NCBI GenBank assembly: GCA_046760025.1
Contig: JBHIDG010000001.1
Coordinates: 1-30,041 of the forward strand
From: Woeseia sp.
GTDB lineage: Bacteria; Pseudomonadota; Gammaproteobacteria; Steroidobacterales; Woeseiaceae
Length of the DNA stretch: 30,041 nucleotides
Reading direction: 5' to 3'
The notes beneath the pieces were generated by a model. The model was not told the origin of the DNA and ran no database searches. It saw only the letters and a program-made list of their open reading frames with translations. This document shows, in pieces, positions 1 to 7,152 of this stretch. A program made the translations under genes and the position numbers. Position 1 is the stretch's first letter; each line of letters begins with the position of its first letter.

Positions 1-57
1 TCAAATAATTCCGGTGCCGGGCACCGACTTATTTGACTAATTGAATTCCGGTGCCAG
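1..57. repeat. REP-like hairpin element (family A, copy 1), possibly cut by the window start
   Basis: CGGTGC-CGG-GCACCG hairpin at 12..26 flanked by TCAAATAA (1..8) and TTATTTGA (29..36). Bases 12..40 are the exact 29-nt reverse complement of 7115..7143. AATTCCGGTGCC occurs at 7..18 and 44..55. Confidence 0.8.
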
Positions 58-1221
58 CTGATACGAGCGCAATCGCGCCGCAAATTCTTCCAGTACTTTA
101 ATACCGCTGGCCTCCGCGTCGGCGCACCATTGCTTGAGTTGGGCGAGCAGCTTGTCGTTACTCACGTAGGCGCCGCTCCACAACTCCTGGAGTTTCTCGC
201 GGAACTCGTGAACCGTGTGCAACGCTTTGTTATTCGACAGCAGTTCGCCGAGCCGCAGTTTCGCTTTCTCGTCCAGCAGCATGGGTTGACGAACCAGCAG
301 GCTTTTCGCCTTGCGAAACGCCCGATCGCCCGCGGCAATCGCTTTTTCTGTCCTGAAAACCGGCAGCGTCACCTGTTTCGTGTAATCGCGCAGCACATGC
401 ATGCGATTGATGATGATGGCGCGTAGATTCTCGAGATCGATCTGCCTGGCGGGTTCCGACTGCAGCACCGGTTGCGGCGCAATCTTGTTGACCTTCGCCA
501 GGCCAAGCGCCTGAAACAGGCCAATGTAAAGCCAACCGATGTCGAACTCACAGCGCCGCACGGAGAACTTCGCCGAGCTAGGAAACGCGTGATGGTTGTT
601 GTGCAGTTCCTCGCCGCCGATCAAAATTCCCCACGGCACGAGATTGGTCGAAGCGTCATCGCATTCGAAGTTTCTGTAGCCGGCGTAATGACCGAGCCCG
701 TTTATCACGCCTGCGGCAAAAACCGGCATCGATACCATCTGAATGGCGATGATGATGATGCCGGGAACGCCGAAGAAGAGCAGGTCCGCCAGCACCATCA
801 AGATAATTCCGCCGTACGGGAATCGTAGATAGACTTGCTTCTCCAGCCAATCGTCCGGCGTCCCCCGGCCGAATTTCTCCAGCGTCTGCGGATTGTCCTT
901 CTCGGCGCGATAGAGTTCCGCGCCTTCCAGCAATACCTTTCTTATGCCGTATATGACGGGGCTGTGTGGGTCATCGGGGGTCTCGCAATAAGCGTGATGC
1001 TTGCGATGGATCGCAACCCACTCCCTGGTCAGCATCCCGGACGTACACCAGATCCAGAACCGGAAGAAGTGCCGGAGTAGTGGATGCAGATTCAGCGCCT
1101 TGTGGGCCTGATCGCGATGAAGATAAAGCGTTACCGACACCATCGTGATTTGGATCATGATGAATGTCGTCAGAACATATTGCCAAAAGGAGAGATTGAG
1201 CAGGCCGTATAAGTATTCCAT
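37..1221 (-). CDS. desA: DesA-family membrane fatty acid (acyl-lipid/acyl-CoA) desaturase with C-terminal helical tail
   Basis: Three His boxes (HRDQAH, HRKHH, HNNHH), hydrophobic segments, GEELHNNHHAFP motif; about 130-aa soluble C-terminal tail typical of proteobacterial DesA. Confidence 0.9.
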   Translation of the reverse strand: MEYLYGLLNLSFWQYVLTTFIMIQITMVSVTLYLHRDQAHKALNLHPLLRHFFRFWIWCTSGMLTREWVAIHRKHHAYCETPDDPHSPVIYGIRKVLLEGAELYRAEKDNPQTLEKFGRGTPDDWLEKQVYLRFPYGGIILMVLADLLFFGVPGIIIIAIQMVSMPVFAAGVINGLGHYAGYRNFECDDASTNLVPWGILIGGEELHNNHHAFPSSAKFSVRRCEFDIGWLYIGLFQALGLAKVNKIAPQPVLQSEPARQIDLENLRAIIINRMHVLRDYTKQVTLPVFRTEKAIAAGDRAFRKAKSLLVRQPMLLDEKAKLRLGELLSNNKALHTVHEFREKLQELWSGAYVSNDKLLAQLKQWCADAEASGIKVLEEFAARLRSYQLAPEFN

Positions 1222-1253
1222 TCGTAAGTTCGCGGTTTCAGACGATGCCGGGC

Positions 1254-1282
1254 ACTATAGCCAATGCACCGATCGTCTCCAA
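1254..1282 (-). promoter_or_regulatory. Candidate sigma70 promoter for desA
   Basis: Minus strand reads TTGGAG (1282..1277), 17 nt, TATAGT (1259..1254), ending 32 nt before the ATG at 1221. Confidence 0.4.
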
Positions 1283-1283
1283 G

Positions 1284-1315
1284 AGCAAATCACGCAGTTT
1301 TGGAAATGATTTGCT
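1284..1315. promoter_or_regulatory. Operator-like inverted repeat AGCAAATCA-N14-TGATTTGCT
   Basis: Perfect 9-bp arms at 1284..1292 and 1307..1315 in the divergent desA/mutM intergenic region. Confidence 0.5.
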
Positions 1316-1392
1316 AATAAGCGACCGTAGGCGGTTCCCGTCCGCCTGACATACAACTATAGTGTGCACCGCATCACACTTAATGAGCCGAT

Positions 1393-2205
1393 ATGCCCGA
1401 GCTACCCGAAGTCGAAACCAGCCGGCGTGGCATCGCACCCTGGATCGAGGATCAGCAGATAAGTGGGGTCGTCGTGCGTCAGTACGGCCTGCGGTGGCCG
1501 ATCGCCAGCGAGCTCGAGCAGATGCTGCCCGGGCAGAAGGTCCGGTCACTCAGCCGGCGCGCCAAGTACCTGCTCATCGGCACGGACGCCGGCACGGTAA
1601 TGCTCCATCTCGGCATGTCCGGCAGTTTACGGATCATCGATGCGGGCGCTCCTGCCGGCGTGCACGATCACGTGGATATCGAACTGGCGAGCGGCAAGGC
1701 GATTCGCTTCAGGGACCCGCGCCGATTCGGCTCGCTGCTGTGGACCGACGATCCGTTTGCGCACCGACTGTTGCGCAAGCTTGGGCCGGAACCGCTCGAC
1801 GAGGCATTTGATGGAGTGTATCTCCGGAGGGCGGCCCGGGGACGTCGCGTATGTATCAAACAGTTTCTGATGAACTCCTCGATAGTGGTCGGCGTCGGAA
1901 ACATTTACGCGAACGAAACACTTTTCGTCGCCAGCATTCATCCGAAGCGACAGGCCGGCCGGATCGCGCTGCCGCGCATGGAGTTGCTGGCCGAAGCGGT
2001 CAAGACGGTCCTCAAGCGCGCCATCGAGGCCGGCGGCACGACGCTGCGTGATTTTCACGGCGGCGACGGTGAGCCGGGATATTTTCGGCAGCAGCTCGAA
2101 GTGTACGACCGGGAAGGCGAACCCTGCCTGCGGTGCCGGCGCCCGATTTCGGTAATCGTGCTGGGGCAGCGGGCCACTTATTACTGCAAGAACTGCCAAA
2201 GATGA
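1393..2205 (+). CDS. mutM: Formamidopyrimidine-DNA glycosylase (Fpg)
   Basis: N-terminal PELPEVE, RRAKYL, HLGMSG, DPRRFG, H2TH motif GVGNIYANE, C-terminal CxxC...CxxC zinc finger. Confidence 0.98.
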   Translation: MPELPEVETSRRGIAPWIEDQQISGVVVRQYGLRWPIASELEQMLPGQKVRSLSRRAKYLLIGTDAGTVMLHLGMSGSLRIIDAGAPAGVHDHVDIELASGKAIRFRDPRRFGSLLWTDDPFAHRLLRKLGPEPLDEAFDGVYLRRAARGRRVCIKQFLMNSSIVVGVGNIYANETLFVASIHPKRQAGRIALPRMELLAEAVKTVLKRAIEAGGTTLRDFHGGDGEPGYFRQQLEVYDREGEPCLRCRRPISVIVLGQRATYYCKNCQR

Positions 2206-2209
2206 TGAT

Positions 2210-2298
2210 GGGGACAGTTTACTATTCCGGGGACAGTTTACTTATCTCCCGTAAGAGATAAGTAAACTGTCCCCGGAATAGTAAACTGTCCCCGGAAT
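2210..2298. repeat. Perfect 39-bp inverted repeat built from tandem 19-bp units (REP/BIME-like, family B)
   Basis: Left arm 2210..2248, loop CCGTAA, right arm 2255..2293, exact complements. Unit AGTAAACTGTCCCCGGAAT at 2261..2279 and 2280..2298, inverted at 2224..2242, partial at 2210..2223. Lies between convergent mutM and coaD. Confidence 0.9.
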
Positions 2299-2299
2299 A

Positions 2300-2785
2300 T
2301 CAGGTCTGACCGCAGCGCTCCATCAGGGCCAGCTTTACCCTGGGTGACACGAACTCGGAGACGTCACCGCCCATGCTGCAGATCTCCCGGACGAGGCTCG
2401 AGGAAATGAAGGTGTAGGTTTCGGTCGGAGTGAGGAAAACAGTTTCGACGTCCTCGATCAGATGACGGTTCATGTTAGCCAGCTGAAACTCGTACTCGAA
2501 GTCCGAAATTGCACGAAGCCCCCTGATAATGGCCTGCAGGTCGTTATCCCTGGCGAAATTGACGGTGAGCCCTTCGTAGCCCACCACTTCGACGCTGTCG
2601 AATTCCGCGAGTGCTGCTTGTGAAAGCCCGACGCGTTCGTCGAGTGAGAACATCGGTTCCTTGGCCGGATTCGCGGCGATCGCAACCACGACCCTGTCGA
2701 ATAGCAGAGTTGCGCGGCGAACCAGGTCTTCATGGCCGAGCGTGATCGGATCGAATGTGCCCGGATACATCGCAGAGACAGCCAT
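2300..2785 (-). CDS. coaD: Phosphopantetheine adenylyltransferase
   Basis: YPGTFDPITLGH, IIRGLRAISDFEYE, ISSSLVRE motifs; 161 aa. Confidence 0.97.
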   Translation of the reverse strand: MAVSAMYPGTFDPITLGHEDLVRRATLLFDRVVVAIAANPAKEPMFSLDERVGLSQAALAEFDSVEVVGYEGLTVNFARDNDLQAIIRGLRAISDFEYEFQLANMNRHLIEDVETVFLTPTETYTFISSSLVREICSMGGDVSEFVSPRVKLALMERCGQT

Positions 2786-2797
2786 TGCGTCGCTCCT

Positions 2798-3391
2798 TCA
2801 GGATTTCGTGTTCACCAGAGAATAGCTTACTTTCCCGGCGATTTTCCGGTGCGTCGTAACCCAGCCTTCCGGCAGCTCCGTTCGGGCGCCATCGCTGCCC
2901 TGCTCGAGATATACGACCGCGTTGTCGTCGAGCCAGCGGTTCCCTACCAGCGATCTGCACAGTTCAGACAGCAGGTCCTTTTCGAACGGCGGATCGAGAA
3001 AAACGATGTCGAACGGTTCGGGGTCGGCCTCGCGCAAATATGCGAGCGCGTCGCGCCGGTAGACCTCGACGTTCACAGCGTGGAGTTCCGAAAGGTTTTT
3101 TCGCAATGCGGCGACCACATGGGCGGAATTATCGACAAAGACGACCCGGGCGGCGCCGCGCGACAATGCCTCGATCCCGAGTGCGCCCGTACCGGCGAAA
3201 AGGTCGAGGCAGCGCGCACCGCCGATCACCGGAGACAGCCAGTTGAACAGCGTCTCGCGGGTCCTCTCGGAGGTCGGCCTTAAGCCCGGTTCATCCATTA
3301 TCCTCAACAGACGACTGCGCCATTTTCCCGCTACAATACGCAGCCGTCCCGGGAATGATCGATCGTGGCCTGTGCGTTTAGGTCTTGCCAT
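2798..3391 (-). CDS. rsmD: 16S rRNA m2G966 methyltransferase
   Basis: LRIVAGKWRSR, LRPTSERTRETLFNWL, LDLFAGTGALGIEALSRGA, FLDPPF. Confidence 0.96.
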   Translation of the reverse strand: MARPKRTGHDRSFPGRLRIVAGKWRSRLLRIMDEPGLRPTSERTRETLFNWLSPVIGGARCLDLFAGTGALGIEALSRGAARVVFVDNSAHVVAALRKNLSELHAVNVEVYRRDALAYLREADPEPFDIVFLDPPFEKDLLSELCRSLVGNRWLDDNAVVYLEQGSDGARTELPEGWVTTHRKIAGKVSYSLVNTKS

Positions 3392-3434
3392 GTCTCCCTC
3401 GCACCAAGCCCGGAAGCATTAACAAAAATTGACG

Positions 3435-4400
3435 ATGCATCAAGCAGAGAACTCATCCGACTCCGGCAAGCGTGGTGGATTTGTCAAGCGCCTTCGCGCC
3501 CGGCTCAACAGGGGCGATTCGTGGCTGACCCACGACCTCGCCAGTCTCGCTCCCGGCGGCAAGATCGACGACGAGGTGCTCGATGAACTCGAGGCACGCC
3601 TCGTTATGGCGGACGTGGGCATCGAGACCGCAGAGAGAATCATCGGCGGCCTGCAAAATCGTCTCGCCCGTAAGGAATTGAGGAACGTGGACACACTGAT
3701 GGAGGGCTTGGGCCAATCGATGACGGAAATCCTGGAATCGGTGCAGCAGCCGCTCGTCGTTCCCGGATGCGTTAGTCCGTTTGTGATTCTGGTGGTCGGC
3801 GTTAACGGTTCCGGCAAGACAACGACGATCGGCAAGCTGGCGAAAAGGCTCCGGGATGAGGGACATACGATCATGCTGGCAGCGGGAGATACCTTCCGGG
3901 CCGCTGCCGTCGAACAGCTGCAGGCCTGGGGTGAGCGCAATGATGTGCCAGTCATTGCCCAACAGATGGGCGCGGATCCGGCTGCCGTGGTTTTCGACGC
4001 ATATGTTGCCGCACGGGCCCGAAAAGTCGATGTCCTGCTCGCCGACACGGCCGGGCGCTTGCAGAATCAGACAGGCCTCATGGACGAGCTCACAAAAGTG
4101 AAGCGGGTATTGACGACGCACGACGTGTCCGCACCGCAGGAGATAATGCTCGTGCTGGACGCCAGCCAGGGCCAGAACGCCCTGGTGCAGGCGCAGAAGT
4201 TCGATGACGCACTGGGGCTGACGGGAATCACCGTGACCAAGCTGGACGGAAGCGCCCGGGGGGGTATTCTGCTGTCGGTGGCCGACAGGCTCGGCGTTGC
4301 CGTTCGCTTCATCGGCATCGGCGAATCGGCCGAGGACATGCAGCCGTTTAAGGCCAGCGAATACGTCGACGCCCTCTTACAAGGTCAGCCAGGCACATGA
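3435..4400 (+). CDS. ftsY: Signal recognition particle receptor FtsY (NG domain only)
   Basis: GVNGSGKTTTIGK, DTFRAAA, DTAGR, TKLDG motifs. ATG at 3435 preferred over TTG at 3429. Confidence 0.97.
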   Translation: MHQAENSSDSGKRGGFVKRLRARLNRGDSWLTHDLASLAPGGKIDDEVLDELEARLVMADVGIETAERIIGGLQNRLARKELRNVDTLMEGLGQSMTEILESVQQPLVVPGCVSPFVILVVGVNGSGKTTTIGKLAKRLRDEGHTIMLAAGDTFRAAAVEQLQAWGERNDVPVIAQQMGADPAAVVFDAYVAARARKVDVLLADTAGRLQNQTGLMDELTKVKRVLTTHDVSAPQEIMLVLDASQGQNALVQAQKFDDALGLTGITVTKLDGSARGGILLSVADRLGVAVRFIGIGESAEDMQPFKASEYVDALLQGQPGT

Positions 4401-5122
4401 TACGGATCGAGAACGTGACGAAGAGATTTCCCGGAGGCCAGGAGGCCCTGAAAAATCTGTCGGTATCGGTCGAACGGGGTGAAATGGTTTTTATAACCGG
4501 TCACTCGGGTGCCGGCAAAAGCACGCTCCTGCGACTGATTGCCCTGATCGACAGACCGACGAATGGACAGGTAATCGTCGACGGGCAAAACACCTCTCGC
4601 GTATCGATACGAAGAATACCGGCTTACCGGCGGCAGATCGGCATGGTGTTTCAGGACCACAAGTTGCTCTACGACCGCCCCGTGTTCGACAATGTTGCCT
4701 TGCCGTTGATCATATCCGGCGTGGGTCACCGCGATGCCGGCAGGCGCGTACGTGCGGCACTCGATCAGGTCGATCTCCTGAACAAGGAGAAACAGCTTCC
4801 CGAGACCCTGTCGGCAGGGGAGCAACAACGGGTCGGCATCGCACGTGCCATCGTCAGCCGGCCGAAGCTTCTGATTGCGGACGAGCCGACCGGCAACCTC
4901 GATCCCGACCTGTCGCTCGAGGTCATGCGCATCTTTCGACGCTTTAACGAAGTCGGTGTGACCCTGATGATCGCCAGCCACGACCTCGCGCTGATCGACC
5001 AGCTTGGCTGCCGTCGGATTCCGCTCGAGAACGGCCAATTGAAGATCGAGGAAGAATTTGACGACGTCGCGGACTATTTCGGGCACGTCGAACCGCATTC
5101 ACATGAAGACCAATGGCTGTAA
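4397..5122 (+). CDS. ftsE: Cell division ABC ATPase FtsE
   Basis: Walker A GHSGAGKST, signature LSAGEQQRVGIARA, ADEPTGNLD; lies between ftsY and ftsX. Confidence 0.96.
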   Translation: MIRIENVTKRFPGGQEALKNLSVSVERGEMVFITGHSGAGKSTLLRLIALIDRPTNGQVIVDGQNTSRVSIRRIPAYRRQIGMVFQDHKLLYDRPVFDNVALPLIISGVGHRDAGRRVRAALDQVDLLNKEKQLPETLSAGEQQRVGIARAIVSRPKLLIADEPTGNLDPDLSLEVMRIFRRFNEVGVTLMIASHDLALIDQLGCRRIPLENGQLKIEEEFDDVADYFGHVEPHSHEDQWL

Positions 5123-6078
5123 ATAAGCTCAGCGCGCCCATTCCGTCGAGCAGATCCACGGGCCCAGTATCCACCTGGTTTCTGCGCCATGTTAGCACCG
5201 CCGTCGGCGCGCTCGGCCGTCTGGTCCGTCAGCCTTTTGCCAGCCTGTTGACGCTGCTCGTCATTGCCGTGACGCTCGCGCTGCCTGCTTCATTACATCT
5301 CGTTATCAAGAATGCGCAGTCCCTCAGCAACAACTGGGAGAACGCGCTCGACTTCTCACTATATCTGAAAAGCGACGTGACGCTGGAGGCTGCGACCCGC
5401 CTGGCCAGCCTGATCGAACAGCGAGCCGACGTTGCCAGGGTGACCTTGGTCACAGCTGAAGATGCTTTCGAGGAATTCAAATCCGCTTCGGGATTCGGCG
5501 CGGCGCTCGATCATCTGCAAACAAACCCTCTGCCTCACACGCTGATCGTCAGGCCGAGCGGCGCGAGTACCGAACAATCGATGAACTTGTTGCACGAGGA
5601 ACTGGGCAATCTTCCGGAGTCCGAACTGGTGCAGATCGACACCGATTGGGTACAGCGTTTCCACGCGATACTCGACATCATGCGACGTGCAATTTCGGTT
5701 GGCGCCATGTTGCTCGGCGTCGCGATCGTCGTGGTCATCGGCAACACGATTCGGTTGGACATTCAAAACCGGCGGGAAGAAATCGAAGTCACGAAGCTCA
5801 TCGGGGCCAGCAACGCATTTGTCAGGCGGCCGTTCCTGTACTCCGGTCTGTGGTACGGCCTCGGCGGCGGCCTGCTTGCATTGGCACTCGTCGGCTATGG
5901 GCTGTACGCCCTGGAACGACCGGTCGGACGCCTGGCCGGGTTGTATAACAGCGCTTACACAGTCCTCGACCTCGACCTCGGCGAGAGTCTCACGATCGTC
6001 GGAATCGGCGTGCTCCTGGGGCTGGCCGGCTCATGGCTGGCTGCCGCGCGACATATGCGAAGAATCGAGCCCAGATAG
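5113..6078 (+). CDS. ftsX: Cell division permease FtsX
   Basis: Four-TM layout, NPLP motif, IGNTIRLDIQNRREEIEVTKLIGA, RPFLY. Confidence 0.96.
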   Translation: MAVNKLSAPIPSSRSTGPVSTWFLRHVSTAVGALGRLVRQPFASLLTLLVIAVTLALPASLHLVIKNAQSLSNNWENALDFSLYLKSDVTLEAATRLASLIEQRADVARVTLVTAEDAFEEFKSASGFGAALDHLQTNPLPHTLIVRPSGASTEQSMNLLHEELGNLPESELVQIDTDWVQRFHAILDIMRRAISVGAMLLGVAIVVVIGNTIRLDIQNRREEIEVTKLIGASNAFVRRPFLYSGLWYGLGGGLLALALVGYGLYALERPVGRLAGLYNSAYTVLDLDLGESLTIVGIGVLLGLAGSWLAAARHMRRIEPR

Positions 6079-6154
6079 GCTATTAAACATAACCCGGGCG
6101 CGGACTTCGTGTATATCTAGTTGATAACAAAAACGTTTATCCGCCGCTCCCCGC

Positions 6155-6183
6155 GGAACTCCGAGGCCTCGTTAGCACTCTAA
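6155..6183 (+). promoter_or_regulatory. Candidate sigmaE (RpoE/AlgU)-type promoter for rpoH
   Basis: GAACTC (6156..6161, preceded by G), 17 nt, TCTAA (6179..6183); resembles the GAACTT-N16/17-TCTRA consensus. Confidence 0.35.
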
Positions 6184-6198
6184 GTGCTTGAGTGCTAA
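6172..6198. promoter_or_regulatory. CIRCE element (HrcA operator)
   Basis: Exact consensus TTAGCACTC-N9(TAAGTGCTT)-GAGTGCTAA, ending 32 nt upstream of the rpoH ATG. Confidence 0.92.
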
Positions 6199-6201
6199 AA
6201 T
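6193..6201 (+). promoter_or_regulatory. Candidate extended -10 (TGnTAAAAT) for rpoH
   Basis: TGCTAAAAT overlaps the right CIRCE arm; RBS GAGGAGG at 6212..6218. Confidence 0.4.
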
Positions 6202-6230
6202 CTCGTGGGAAGAGGAGGTATTGAAATCAA

Positions 6231-7109
6231 ATGACTACGGCCCTGGCAACCACGAATCATGACCTGGCCCTCGCCGGCCCGGTCGGCAGTCTCGATGCCT
6301 ATATCCAGGCGGTCGGCGCGATCCCGGTTCTGTCCCGGGAAGACGAACAGGCGCTGTCCCGCCGTTTCCGTGATGAGAACGATCTCGAAGCCGCGCGCGA
6401 ACTGGTCATGGCGCATCTTCGTTTTGTCGTCCATATCGCCAAGGGATACACGGGCTATGGCCTGCCCCTGAATGACCTGATTCAGGAAGGCAATGTCGGG
6501 CTCATGAAGGCCGTAAAGCGATTTGATCCCGACTTCGGTGTGCGGCTCGTGTCATTCGCCGTTCACTGGATCAGGGCAGAAATTCATGAGTTTGTGTTGC
6601 GCAACTGGCGGATCGTCAAGGTGGCCACCACCAAGGCCCAGCGCAAGCTGTTCTTCAACCTGCGCAAAGCCAAGAAGAGCCTTGCCTGGTTATCGCACGA
6701 CGAGACGCAGGCCGTCGCCAGAGACCTGGGTGTCAGCCCGACCGAAGTGACCGAAATGGAACGCAGGCTTACCAGCCGTGATGCGGTGTTCGATCCGGTT
6801 CCGGATGCTAACGACGACCACACGTTTACGCCGGCCGCCTATCTTCCGAGCCCCGACGCCGATCCCGCCGTGCTTGTCGAAAAAGTTGACTGGCATGACG
6901 ATGCGACGACCCGAATGAAGGGCGCCCTGACCACCCTCGACGAGCGCAGTCGGCATATTCTGGAGTCCCGGTGGCTTTCCGAGGAGAAGCAGACGCTACA
7001 CGAACTCGCCGACGTATATGGCGTATCGGCGGAGCGAATCCGACAGATCGAAAGTAACGCCATCAAGAAACTGAAAACGGCAATGTGCGGTGCCGGGCAC
7101 CGTTCTTAA
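6231..7109 (+). CDS. rpoH: RNA polymerase heat-shock sigma factor sigma32
   Basis: DLIQEGNVGLMKAVKRFDP, RLVSFAVHWIRAEIHEFVL, RpoH box KVATTKAQRKLFFNLR, region 4 GVSAERIRQIE; follows ftsX. Confidence 0.98.
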   Translation: MTTALATTNHDLALAGPVGSLDAYIQAVGAIPVLSREDEQALSRRFRDENDLEAARELVMAHLRFVVHIAKGYTGYGLPLNDLIQEGNVGLMKAVKRFDPDFGVRLVSFAVHWIRAEIHEFVLRNWRIVKVATTKAQRKLFFNLRKAKKSLAWLSHDETQAVARDLGVSPTEVTEMERRLTSRDAVFDPVPDANDDHTFTPAAYLPSPDADPAVLVEKVDWHDDATTRMKGALTTLDERSRHILESRWLSEEKQTLHELADVYGVSAERIRQIESNAIKKLKTAMCGAGHRS

Positions 7110-7143
7110 GCGACTTAGTCAAATAAGTCGGTGCCCGGCACCG
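7088..7143. repeat. REP-like doublet (family A, inverted pair)
   Basis: CGGTGCCGGGCACCG (7088..7102) and its exact reverse complement (7129..7143) with a 26-nt spacer; 7115..7143 is the reverse complement of 12..40. Lies between convergent rpoH and the OmpA gene. Confidence 0.85.
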
Positions 7144-7152
7144 TTGTTGTTT
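7129..7152 (+). terminator. Possible intrinsic terminator of rpoH formed by the repeat hairpin
   Basis: CGGTGC-CCG-GCACCG stem followed by TTGTTGTTT. Confidence 0.45.

Noticed and set aside
37-429. IS element/transposase at the desA end
   Set aside because: The ISL3-like part is fused in frame to an intact desaturase, lacks DDE catalytic regions and has no IS ends.
1246-1255. TGCCGGGCAC as another family-A copy
   Set aside because: Only a 10-nt GC-rich match without the flanking ACTTATTTGA; plausible by chance in 30 kb.
2210-2298. CRISPR array
   Set aside because: The 19-bp units are directly adjacent or inverted with no unique spacers, and no cas genes are present.
2303-2311. GGTCTGACC mini-palindrome at the coaD 3' end as a further repeat copy
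   Set aside because: Only 9 nt and inside the last coaD codons; too short to assign.
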